Of a stretch of DNA of 64,000 nt, positions 41,540 to 54,883 are shown in pieces. Position numbers and translations under genes: made by a program. Origin of the DNA: Octopus sinensis (Eukaryota); the NCBI RefSeq assembly GCF_006345805.1, contig NC_042998.1, positions 66,960,001 to 67,024,000 of the forward strand, given 5' to 3'. How positions within the stretch are numbered: position 1 is the first letter of the stretch; each line of letters starts with the position of its first letter. The notes under the pieces are model-generated. The model had not been told where the DNA came from. It worked only from the letters and a program-made list of their open reading frames with translations, and did no database searches.

Positions 41540-44500
41540 CTGATTAGAATACAAAGGACAAAAAAGAAACGTCAACTTAATGACAAAAAAGGAACTCACA
41601 TAAAATGATTATGCATACTTTCTACATGATTTCATACGACATAAAGCTATCTCGCAAGCAATGGGAAAACAATATCAGGTGGCATTTATTTTTCCTAAAA
41701 TAAGTATGGTAGATGTAATGTATGTGTATTGAATTACAATTTATTGCTAAACAAAACACGGATAACTGATAAAATATATTATTCCCAATTACCAAGCGAA
41801 AGCCAACCGGACATCAATGATAGATGACTTAATAACGATTATTTACTAAATGTTGGATTGAATTATATTGTATCATACACTATGTATGCGCACATATCAA
41901 TGCATACACACAAGTACGTACACATATACAAATCCACACATGTGTGCTTACACATACATACACACTAAGACATGAGAATAACTATCACTCGCAAGTATGA
42001 ATTAGTGGAAAGAACTTTGCTTTCGCTTATTGCTTAGGTGTTTATGTAAACGCGAACAAAGATATAGTCCTGATTCATCTATACTGGAATCATCGGAACA
42101 TTGAAGGTGTGACAGTTGTTGGGGGACGAAAGGGATTCACCAGCGTGGGACCTGTAATGATCGGCCGAGTGGTCTGCAACTTAAAGCCACGTAGCCTAAT
42201 GGTTTGGGTGTTGCACAAACGATTGTTAGATTATGGTTTTGATTCACGCTGCATGTGGTAAGTTGTGTTCTTCATTTCACATTGTTTAAGTCCACTCAGC
42301 AATAAAGGACTTCCACATAAAGCTGAAAAAATTAACCCGGAGATGGACCAGCATCTAGTTCTAGTGGGAGATTTTGTAATCTCGGTTATTTCTACTGAAT
42401 GGAGACCATGGTGGTCATCTGTATCCTAAGGTTCATGAGAGACCGAATTAAGTCTGCAGTAACATGAAACGGTGATGATGATGACGATGATGATGATGAT
42501 GATGACTGATGATATATGGTTGTTTGTAGAGAGCAAGCTGTCAAACATACAAGCCTAACACACGATATATTTTTCCTATATATTTTCATTTTTTACCCCC
42601 TTTATTCACTCCCTTGATTGTCTTTAGCTTCCTCTGATATCCGGAGAAATGTTATGCCCGAATAGTTATAACATTAACTCTATAATGTTTACACTTTCCA
42701 TTCTTTCTTGCGCCCTTAACTAATAATATTAATTGAGAATATCGCTTATTTATTTGCTTTTTACTATATACATATGATCATATATATATATGTGTGTGTG
42801 TGTAGGTACATATATATACATATATACATTTATGTATGTGTGTATGTATGTATGAGCATCTGTATTTCTGTTTATGCATACTTCTGCATTTGGATTTGGA
42901 AGTTAGACTGAGAAATGAAGGCTGTAACAAGATAAGATATTTGAAATTCTAAACAATGGACATCCATGTTTAGAAACCATTGAATATATTTCACACATTA
43001 ATGATTGAAAATATGAAGAGATGATCTTATAAAAAATATGAAAATATCTTTCGTAGGACGTTTGTTTAGCATAATGGGAGCAATGAAGCTCAACATAACT
43101 TCTTTCTTTTTGATATGATTTACATTTTTCCTATACCTACCTATATGGTTTAATACGGTGTGACTTCGATCATAAAACTATAAGCTCAGAAGCCAAAAAA
43201 AAAAAAGAAAACAGGAATATTACACAGCAATGTTTTCACGTCGTATTAACCCCATAGAAACTGTTTCATCTGACGAGTAAATATTTATAAACTATCTTCT
43301 TTACATTAAAAATTATTTGTTTCTGTTTCTTTAAGTCACTGTACAACCGAAAATTATTGAAAGACTTATCGTTCCTGTTTCTGCGTACTAACGGAAAAAG
43401 AAAACAAATATTTCATATCAATATATTAAGGTTCTATACAATAAACGAGCTACTTTTATGAATGATTTTTCCCTCAATATAAGATTTTATTTTATTAAAA
43501 CTCTATTTACAAGTCTCTTCTAAAAATTTCCGTTTTATTCATTCCTAGACTCTTAGCTATATTTCTATACTTAATATATTAGATTTACTTTTGTTACAAC
43601 GTATTTATATATATTTCTATAGAAGAACACTAACATATCATTTCCAAAATTGTTTAAGTCAAACTATCTTCTTCCGTAAATTTAGACACACGTGTGTGTC
43701 TATCTCTCTCCCTCTCTCTTTATATGTATATGTATGTATGTATATGTACATGTATGTATGTATGTATGTATGTATATGTATGTATGTATGTATGTAGAAG
43801 GTAGAAAAAAACACACGAGTTGATATGTATAAGGAAAATAAGATAAGGTAGAACATGCTAAAATTCTTTTATCATGAATGTATTTTAATACCTGTTTCCG
43901 TCTTTTAGACTTTTTCAACTATGTGTAAAATAAGAAGAAAACAATTATATTGGAGAAAAAAAAATTAAGTGAAACTTTTTAATAGATATTTCTATAGTCT
44001 TTGGATAGGTGAATATTTCCATAGTCTTCAGGTAGTCTGTCTGTGTCTCTCTATTCCTTTGTGGATGTCTCGTTGGTGGGTAGTAGTAGTAAATCTGAAG
44101 GAATAGTATGGGTACAGAGAATTAATGGTTTAAGCAGGAGCAGCCGAAGGACGAGAAGAAGATTATGAAGATGAAGAGGGAGGAGGAGAAGATGAAGAAG
44201 GAAGAGAAGTAGGAGTAGGGAAAGAAGAGGGAGAAGGAGAAAGAAAAGAAAAGAAATATACAGGTGTGCTGTGATAGTAAATTGTTCATGGAATTTTTTT
44301 AATGGTCAAATTCTTCGTGGAGATAGATACCTCTCAATAAGAAAGAATCATTGGACAAGTCAAATATTCTTTTAACCTCTGGCTCAGTCTACGAGAAATC
44401 ATGGTAGGATTTGATGAATACACAAGAGCATGGTCAAACGAAAAGTGAGATAATAATTGACACATGTATATACACGAGCGCGTGTGTGTATATGTCTTTG

Positions 44501-44919
44501 TGTGTGTGCATGCGCGCTAAATGATATTTTAGCAACATGTGTCCCTGCAGAGTACTGCATAACTATTATCAAATTGATTCTTTCCTTATTGAAAATGATG
44601 GAATGTATTTTGGTGACGATTTGGTTGCTAATTTTAGCATGTCATGTGGTACCTTAGATATCGCATCCAATACTGTTGTGGTGAGGAATGTAATACAAAA
44701 GCCTAATATCTGGAGTGTCTCACATATTTCACAGAATATTTCTTTCGTTTTACCTATTCAAATATGAAAATTACCATCCTGTATATGTGATTATTGTAAA
44801 ATTAAAAATTAGTGGTTGAATGCATTGTCCGGTCCAAGAATCAAAACCACGATCTCACATTCGTGAGCGTAACACACTAAACTATTAGGCGATGAGCCTT
44901 CACAATATAATAATGCTCT

Positions 44920-45350
44920 CTATTATGGGCACAAGGCCTGGAATTTGGGGAGAGGGTGCTATTCAATGATGTCGTCATTAGTGCCTGACTGTTACGTATT
45001 TATTCGACCAAGAAAGGATGAATGGCAAAAAGATGTTCGGCAGAATTCGAACTTCGAATGTAAAATCAGTTGAAATGCTGCTAAACATTTGCCCGACATT
45101 TTAACGCTTCTGCCAGGTTGCCGCCTTAGCGACAAATGTAATATTGGTCTCATGAGTTGGTACAAGACCAGCAATTTCGGGAAGAGTGAAAATAAATTAC
45201 ATCGACCCGGAATTCAAGCAGTGTCTATTTTATTGAAAGCATGATAGGTACAGACTGTCTCGGCCAGATTTGAACTGATGACGTAAAGACGGACGAAATG
45301 CTGCTATGCAGTTTGTCCGGCGTGATAACGATTCTGTCAGCTCACCGCTT
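44920..45350 (-). mobile_element. Two adjacent degenerate SINE family A copies
   Basis: ggcacaaggcctg, aaaggatgaa.ggcaaa, cggcagaatt.gaact and ccgcctt; similar blocks repeat at 45140..45350. Confidence 0.7.
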
Positions 45351-46083
45351 TCATTCTCTAATGTAATATCTCCAATGTCTCATTGACACCATTTTCGTTT
45401 GAATTATATTCAATAAAAATTCGACCATTGTACTTGTTTTAAATATCACGGCTAGCCCCCTCATCCACTGAGTTAGTCTTAATAAATTAATGGCCTTAAT
45501 CACAATTTTAAGAGCGAATATTTGATATTCCTATTATAGTAAATATTTTTCAAATATATATTTGAAGAAATAGAATCGAAACAAAATTGAACTCATAACC
45601 TAAATAGATAAAACAGAACACTGAAGAGCTCTAAGTAATAAGAAATCACCAACTACAAAAAATCAATAGCGTTGACTTAGCGGACATATGCAAAAGTTGA
45701 ATGAAGAAATACGATAATTCATGATCAACAACCCAAAATATAATGGTCAAACAAATGGAGAAAAAAATTCTGTGAAATAAATATTGTTATTTTATACTTT
45801 ATTTCTAACAGAGTTTTCAGATATTTTAGTTTTATCTTTATTCTATTTATTATATAAAGTTTGTCTTAGAAAACTGAGCTGAGGAAACATCGAAAGCTAA
45901 TGAAAAGTGAATTGCTGGAGATTCTAAGAGGTTCTCAACATGTTATGGAAGCATAGCATATGCAAATATTCCTTCAATACCGAATAGTTAAACATTCTGA
46001 ATCAACAACGCATATTGATAGTAATCTTGTATTTAGATTTACTCAGGTTTCTTTAACTCTGCATCAAATATATATACACATTG

Positions 46084-46121
<38 letters not shown>

Positions 46122-46135
46122 ATATATATATATAT

Positions 46136-46219
<84 letters not shown>

Positions 46220-46307
46220 CATGTATGTATGTATGTATGTATGTACGTATGTATGTACATATTACATATTTGAGCTTGACATATCTTTATGTATATACAT
46301 ATATATA

Positions 46308-46362
<55 letters not shown>

Positions 46363-47634
46363 AATATATATATTTATAAACAGATAACTAGAATTAGCAC
46401 AGTGCATATAAATGATGTATATATTTATGTAGTAACATGCATTTATACAGGCATATGCAAACATGCATACATACATATATATACATACATGCACATATAC
46501 ATATATACATACATTCATACATACATACATGCTTACATACATACATGCGCGTATATTTCACTGTTGCTATAGAAAATTATACAAATCATCCTAAGATTGA
46601 ATTCTATTTCTGAGAAGCGAAATTTTCATTTATGTAATACTTTTTTTATACTCTCCCTATTCCTGTCAAATGGCATTCTGCCTCTGTAGAATAATCGTAT
46701 AATATTCATGGTTTATTCATCTGCTGGTCTATGGCATCAATTCATTCTGCAACGAATTGTAAATTTGTGAACGAGGTAGTATCTGCTGACAAATTACTAT
46801 TAAATTCAGTGTTTTTCCTACACATTCTTACTGTTTTACATCTTTCATTCTTATTTCTAAATACATATTTTCCGTGATGCCGTTACCATTACCGCAGTCT
46901 CTATGATGTTTTATCTGCATATCTGAGCTGCATCATACTATGTTGATTGGAGGTCTCTTATCATAAACTCGTATTTTAAGGTCAGCAATTGAAAACATCC
47001 TAGATATATCGACAATGTAGATAAATGTTACTAAGCTCATCATAAATCCTGCTACGCGTTGAGTTAAATCGTCGACATACGCTGTATTTGAAACACAGAA
47101 TCATGAAGAACAAGACAATATGATCTAAAGATTTCCTAGGTGTATGTAGCATTCCTGCCTTCAACAAACTCCAGAAAATTAAGGTTATAACGTTACTTGA
47201 AAAAATCGTCTTGGGACTAAAGTCATTTAAATGTCTTATACGTTTATATTTTAAATCCCATCGAATTCAATTTTGGCATCTTTGTGTGTTTCTCAGATAA
47301 ATATATGTCCAATACTGACATCGACTGCACCAATCTCCAGAAATATTTTAAACTTCTATCTTAGAAATAAATAAGGCTATAGTATTTATTTGTGATGATA
47401 CACTACTACACTAAAGGAGAAAATTACCTTGGAGTATATTTTTGAATGAAACGAAGAGGAAAAGATCTATTCTTCAAATTAAATTGAGTGTCTATTTCTT
47501 GATAATTTTATGAGATAGGATGAAGAGAATTTTTAAAGTTCGAATTTACACGGATAGGAGTAGACCTCGCATAAATAGTTAAATAAATATACCTGTATAT
47601 AAATATATCAAAGGTGTAATACTTAAAAATATCG

Positions 47635-47781
47635 GGCGTAGGAGTGTCTGTGTGGTAAGTAGCTTGCTTGCCAAGCACATGGTTCTGGGCAACTTGGGCA
47701 AGTGTCTTCTACTATAGCTTCGGGCTGATCAAAGCCTTGTGGTGAGTGGATTTGGTAAACGGAAAGTAAAAGAAGCCCGTC

Positions 47782-47816
<35 letters not shown>

Positions 47817-48040
47817 TGTCTGTGTATATGTTTGTGTACGTGTGTCCCCAATACCGCTTGACAACCGACGCTGGTTTGTTTACGTCCCAGTAACTTAGCG
47901 ATTCGGCAAAAGAGACCGATAGAATAAGTACTAAGTCTTACAAAGAATAAGTCTTGAGGTCGATTTGCTTGTCTAAAGGCGGTGCTCCAGCATGGCTGCA
48001 GTCAAAATGACTGAAACAAGTAAAAGAGTAAATGAGTAAA
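47635..48040 (+). mobile_element. SINE family D, near full length, with internal (TA)n/(TG)n microsatellite
   Basis: Head ggcgtaggagtg.ctgtgtggtaag, cttgggcaagtgtcttct core, central microsatellite, 3' ggcggtgctccagcatggc..gactgaaacaag and (taaaagag) tail. Confidence 0.88.
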
Positions 48041-48184
48041 AGTGCACATTATAAACATTTCCGATGTTTTCCCTTAATTTTAGATGTTCCAGTTCACTCA
48101 CAGTACTTGTGTTTGAAATGTCATGAAAGCTTAAAGCATCCTATTTACTCTTTTCGAAACGACATAGCCACACGCACATATGTG

Positions 48185-48215
<31 letters not shown>

Positions 48216-49224
48216 CAGGGCAAAGTATTGTAATAATTTCTGGTACTGTTAGAATAACCATCATAACTTTTTGCACCACCAAATATATTTCTGGATATAA
48301 AGTGCAAATATTTTTCCTTTTCATCCGTTAAGTCACCTATATAAATAATCGTAACCCAAAGGGTCAATTTCGATTGGGAATTCGTTGAATTTTGACTCTA
48401 ATTAAATATGAAAATGTATCTTTAATTATATTTGACTGTTTCCTATTAGAAAGAATAAATTGTTTAATTCCATAAAAGAAATTTGATACAATTGCAGTTT
48501 ACATAGAAGTACGGAATTTAAAACTGCATCACTACAAAACATATTCGAATGTGAATTATATTTAAAATTTGTACAGAATTAGAAACGCTGTAAAAACTAA
48601 GCAGTTTTTCTTTTAATAACAATTACGTCTATCACCAAATAGTTCGATGGAAATCATACTCAGAAGATAATGTTTTATGATTAATTGTATGCAAATAAGG
48701 TATGAGCTATGCATGTAATTAGATGTGTGATATTATATATATGAGCCAAATGTTATATTTTATGTTTAAATTTCAATTCACCTGAAGGAACGGTTTTTGT
48801 CCTGATATAATATTGATTTGTTCGTCAACAGCAAATGCATCTTAAATAGCTGTAGTGATCCTCAGCCCGCTCATGTTTTTATTCATTTTACCCCATACAT
48901 GGTACCTTCACTCCGATGGATCCGGAATTTACAGTGGACCGTGAAACTGCATGTCTAAATGTGATTTTACATATATTGGTATCTTTATATCTACAGGTAT
49001 ATTGATCTGTCCATGTGCATGTGTATGTAAATAGTAGGACATATCCGTATATACATTAATATATACGTAAGTATCCATTGGTTGAGTGCCAAAGATACTG
49101 ACAGAAAATAGTAATAGTAAGGCATGGTTGTAGCTGCAGAAAGTAAGGCTGTAAAGGAAAACAGGAAGTTTTTTTATTTGTAGCACAAGATCAAACATTG
49201 AAGATTAATTGGATAGGAACCAAG

Positions 49225-49850
49225 ATAGACAAAAATCAGGTAGACTTCCAATATAGGTTATGTAAATCAAAGTGTTACTTATATATTAAGTGACCATAGC
49301 ATGCTGGCGCAGAAAGAATACACGAAAATATATGACAACCGGGAGAGTATAATCCACTGGGATTTATGTAGAAAGTTATGATTCGACCATACTGATAAAT
49401 GGCATGAACTTAATCCTAGTAAAGTGCTAGATAGTAAGAATTATGAGATGTGGGACTTTAACATTCAGTTTGATAGAGTAATGGAAATTGGAAGGCCTGG
49501 TTTCTAGTGGTGGGTAAAGGAATAGAAAGTGTTAGGTACTTTTGCAGTCCCAGATGAGGAAAACCAATATGAGAGTTACATGGAAAATAGCAAAATACCA
49601 GGACCTAGCCATTGAGTTAGAGAGGTTCTGGAAACTGTGGGTAAAATTTATCTCTGTAGTTATAGATAAAATGTATCTCTGTAGTTACGAACAATCCCTA
49701 TAGATTTCAACAGATGGATAGAGAAAATAAACATATTACGTAGATTATAAAATATACATAATACCTAGTTTAGAAAACAATACTATTAGGGAGAGCTAGG
49801 ATACTTAGGAACCTTCTTAGCAACTATGGTTACTTGTTTTAGCACAATGT
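49225..49850 (+). mobile_element. R4/Dong-clade LINE 3' fragment (zinc-knuckle region plus restriction-like endonuclease), decayed
   Basis: Translated pieces LAQKEY, IIHWDLCRK, WDFNIQFDR, KIAKYQDLAIELERFWK and LLGRARILR. Confidence 0.85.
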
Positions 49851-50079
49851 CAGTAAAACTTTTTTCGAAAAGCTTAAATTGTTGCATGTATATGAAATAA
49901 TAATGACAGTGATGACTTTAGGTTCTAGTGAAAGACCAGCAATTTCGGTGGTTAGTCTAAGCTGATCAGATCGAACCAGTGCTCAGCTGGTATATATATT
50001 ATCGACCCCGAAAAGTGTTGGCGGATTTTAAATATAGTAATATAATAGCAATGATAACAAGAACACAAGAATTATTACT

Positions 50080-50319
50080 TATTTCTTTATTATCCACAAG
50101 GGGCTCAACACAGAGGGGAGAAACAAGGACATACATAGGTATTAAGTCGATTACATCGACCCCAGTGCGTAACTGGTACTTAATTTATCGACCCCGAAAG
50201 GATGAAAGGCAAAGTCGACCTCGGCGGAATTTGAACTCACAACGTAACGCAGACGAAATACCGCTAAGCATTTCGCCCGGCGTGCTAACGTTTCTGCCAG
50301 TTCGTCGCCTTTTTTTTCA
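50080..50319 (-). mobile_element. SINE family A, full length with 15-bp TSD
   Basis: Intact core gtcgactttgcctttcatcctttcggggtcgataaattaagtacc on the minus strand. TSD acaagaattattact at 50065..50079 and 50320..50334. Confidence 0.95.
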
Positions 50320-50443
50320 ACAAGAATTATTACTATAATTATTATGATGGGCTGTTGTAGCACGATGTTAGGATTTTTTCTTTTCCAACAGTCTAACCTG
50401 TCGTGTATGTATGATAATAATAATTATATAATATATATATAAT

Positions 50444-50585
50444 GCAAATAAAAAATGGAGAGGATATACAATCGACAAGCATCAGCAAGTAAACATTCAA
50501 TTATATCTATTTATTAAATGATTACAATCATATGTGTGATTGCTACAAATTAACGAATGAAATAAGTCAATAACTACATAAACAG

Positions 50586-50664
<79 letters not shown>

Positions 50665-50679
50665 CACACATACACACGC

Positions 50680-50772
<93 letters not shown>

Positions 50773-50776
50773 ATAC

Positions 50777-50819
<43 letters not shown>

Positions 50820-50977
50820 TATGTATATATATATACATATGTTTATGCAGTTATTGATTTATTTCAATCGTTAATTCGTGTTACACATATGTTCCTAATC
50901 ATTTAATAAGTAGATATAATTGTATGTTTACCGGCTGATGTTTGTCGATTTTATACCGTCTCCACTTTCATATTTGC
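50444..50977. repeat. Inverted repeat with ~140-bp arms around a microsatellite spacer
   Basis: 50444..50584 aligns with the reverse complement of 50840..50977 (aatcgacaa, catcagc, caattatatcta, tattaaatgatta, catatgtgt, aattaacga, tcaataact, cataaaca). Confidence 0.92.
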
Positions 50978-51493
50978 CTTATAAATGGGTAAATTTGTAA
51001 TTAACCCGCACCCGTACCTAATACCCAATTGCGATATTGCCATGCAATAGTAGACACTTGGTTATAAATAGCTAGGCACATATTCAGTAGTATACTGGAT
51101 ATTTAATATCCCTTAGATGCTTTCTTAACCTCTACTTCATACAGAAATACACACACACACACACACACACACGTATATACACCCTTTATCTTTGCGTATT
51201 AATTGATGCCTACAGAGGTGAAGTTCTCTACTTCACTTAAGAGCTCTTAATATTAACATAACCCATAACTTTCTATGCACGTCTCTATCATCTTCTATAT
51301 ATGTTACTGCAAATCATAAACGAATGCGACTTACATTTATGTATCAGAATATCTAAATGTTACGTTGAACGTGTTTTACAGCAGCGAACTTCAGAATAAC
51401 AACAGATCATTTACAGAATGGGGTTCTTAATACTCAGACAAAAATCTGGCGACTATTAATGCTAAACTATCAGTCACTCTATCTATCTATCTG

Positions 51494-51573
<80 letters not shown>

Positions 51574-51575
51574 CA

Positions 51576-51642
<67 letters not shown>

Positions 51643-54176
51643 ATAGTGGAATAAATTCAATCAAAAATTTCTCCCTTATTTAAGGATAGAAAAAAAACTG
51701 AACTTCTGAACTAATAAGAACTTGATATTTCCTTCTTTTTCTTTTTCGTCGTTTTTTTTTAAACAGAAGGACAGCAATATACTAATTGCATAAATGATAG
51801 TAATATTTAAACATTAATTATAGATACAATGTAATTAATGAAGTCAACATAATGTTTGTTGTTATTTTGTTGCTTTTGTTGCCCACTGCTAACCCAGACA
51901 GAACAAAATTATCAAATGCATTCCATATTTGACCACGACTTTTGTCTGTAGAAATACAACAGCAATACCCAATGTGTCATTTTCTTCACACAAAATAGTT
52001 TGCTACTACTTCTCGCTAGTCAAGTGTCACTGCACACCTTTCATTTGTACTCAAGACATTTTAACGCCTTGCTTTACACATTGTTTCACAACGTTAGAGA
52101 TGATGTGGCCAAGCTAGATCTAGATTTTATGAAGACTAATTCTTTGAGCAATTGAATTGGGTTATGCAGTGAGATATACTTGCACTTAGCTTCTTTGATA
52201 ACAGTTTCAATAAAAATTGATTTAGAGTCTCTATCAACAAGTATACTGAACAGACAGACACATGCTGCAAATACGAACAGCTGTTGCTATCTTTGCATTC
52301 ATACTAGCATGCATAAACGATTTACATTTCACTGCACTTCTAATGTTTACAACAAGTGTTCTCATCCCAATACACTTATTGAACTTTGATTAATGTTTTT
52401 GTAGTCAATATTATTTTAAATCTTTTTAAACATGTAAAATTTCTGTTTATTTTCTTTCTCCATCTGACATGTTTAAGTAAAGGTATTAATAACTAGATTT
52501 TGGCGTGAGGAAAACGGTGCACCGCTATTTAAACCGACAATATATTCTTGTATTCTCGTGGAAACGAATATCAACATATACATGGCTGTTGATTAAACCA
52601 CGAAAAGTCATCATTTATTTTTAATGTAAAGCTATGGATTAAGACGAAACACAGATGTTCGGAGAATATCGATTCAGCAAAGATAATTACAGATGAGATT
52701 GGTATCAATATGTGACCCAAAACAATCACAGGATTCTTTATATATGTAGATCTACGCTTAGTTGTAAAGTTTACACGGGGTTAAGGCATCATGCATACCG
52801 AAAATGAAAAAGCAAAATCGATAATGGTAAGAAGGAATCAGGTAGAGGAAGTATTGTGAAACTCTATGTGAAATATCTTAATACAACACTGCTTTACCGA
52901 AAACAATATCAGTTTTATTTCAGCTAATATGCAACTTGATAGACGAAAGCAGATGGATTTATCGTTGATTATATTATCTATCAAAAATCTCATAGCCTAC
53001 GGGAATACAATTTCTCACTTGCGTACAGTGATACCCTTTATCTATTCCATGGCTACAATGCCACATTCCATCATTTAATAGCCAAAGAATACGAAATATG
53101 TATGTAGCTAAAAGCGTGCGTGCGCACAAAATACATACATACACAAAACATGGAGAAAACTAAGAACTATGAGCATGATTCTACTTAGCCGAAAACACCC
53201 AAAATAAAGCAATCCTACGTATAGACAAATACACACAAACACACACACATACTTAGGTATATGTGTATGAGTTTACATATGTAAGAATCTGCGTATGAAT
53301 GCCTATACCAATCCCCTAAAGCAGATACACACGAGCGTTTGTAAGTGTCATGTGTGCGAGAAAATTATATGTATAATATTCACAAGCAAGTATTAAGTAA
53401 ATACGTATGTGTGGATGCATGTACGTACTCTGTACACCTACCGAGAGGGGCAGGGAAGAAAGAAAACAGAGAGATAACAAGTAAGAGAGAGATAGACCGA
53501 GATAGAGATAGGATAGAAAGAGCGATAGAGGGAAAGCGAAAAACAGTAGAGAAAGACAGAGAGGAAATGGCAATAAAACCAATAAAAAGATAAGCCTAGG
53601 CTAAGTATGAAAAATAATTGAAATTTAATCAAATGTTTCCAATAAAATACATAAAAATGATTTATACCTCATTAATCTTTCTTTACTTCTAGCTAATGTA
53701 AGAAAAAGGGAATAAAAAAAAGAACGGCTATATTCGTTAATTATTTAAACGCGAATGATCTTTTTAAAGAAACATTTTGCTTTATAGCTCTGAACGGGTA
53801 ATTCCTGTATCGATATAACACAAGTTGGTGTTCAGTTCTGTCTACGAGACATATGTGTAGATATTTCCTCTCAGATCTGCTGCTGTACTTTTAATGAGAC
53901 TATCGATTCCTGTTTAGAACTGCTGTTAGAATTCAATTAATCATTTTCATCATCGACGGAAGAAATTATTATTTTGCTTTTTCTGTTTCTCTTTTTTGTG
54001 TAATTTTCACTACGCATTGAGCACAAATACTTATTTGTAAGTACTTACACGCACACACACATAGATACACGTGCAAATACATATAGACAGACACTACTAA
54101 ATATATGTCTATACAAATATATATAATATGAGTGTGTGTGTATGTATGTATATATATATATTATATATATATATAT

Positions 54177-54486
54177 ATCACCGTGATCACCATCATGATC
54201 GACCAGGCTATCAGATATAGCTACACATCGCTGGTCACAATGCGCTTCGCATTGTTTTAGCCTCCAAATGACGCCACCCCGCTGGCTAAGCGAGCAGGCC
54301 AACAGAAGAAAGAGTGAGAGATAGTTGCGGCAAAAGAGTACAGCAGGGATCGCCACCACCACCCCTGCCGGAGCCCTGTGGAGCTTTAGGTGTTTTCGCT
54401 CAATAAACACTCACAACGCCCGGTCTGGGAATCGAAACCGCGATCCTGCAACCGCTGCCCTAACCACTGGTCCGTTGCGCCTCCAC

Positions 54487-54533
<47 letters not shown>

Positions 54534-54837
54534 CACCGTGATCACCATCATGATCGACCAGGCTATCAGATATAGCTACACATCGCTGGTCACAATGCGC
54601 TTCGCATTGTTTTAGCCTCCAAATGACGCCACCCCGCTGGCTAAGCGAGCAGGCCAACAGAAGAAGAGTGAGAGATAGTTGCGGCAAAAGAGTACAGCAG
54701 GGATCGCCACCACCACCCCTGCCGGAGCCCTGTGGAGCTTTAGGTGTTTTCGCTCAATAAACACTCACAACGCCCGGTCTGGGAATCGAAACCGCGATCC
54801 TGCAACCGCTGCCCTAACCACTGGTCCGTTGCGCCTC

Positions 54838-54840
<3 letters not shown>
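54177..54840 (-). mobile_element. Two tandem, near-identical SINE family B copies (54177..54486, 54532..54840) separated by (TA)n
   Basis: I see one 1-bp indel between them; both share the same short deletion in the tRNA-like head relative to the 5795 copy. Confidence 0.95.

Positions 54841-54883
<43 letters not shown>

Noticed and set aside
49651-49700. ~25-bp duplication taaaat.tatctctgtagtta
   Set aside because: Local slippage inside a dead LINE; not informative.
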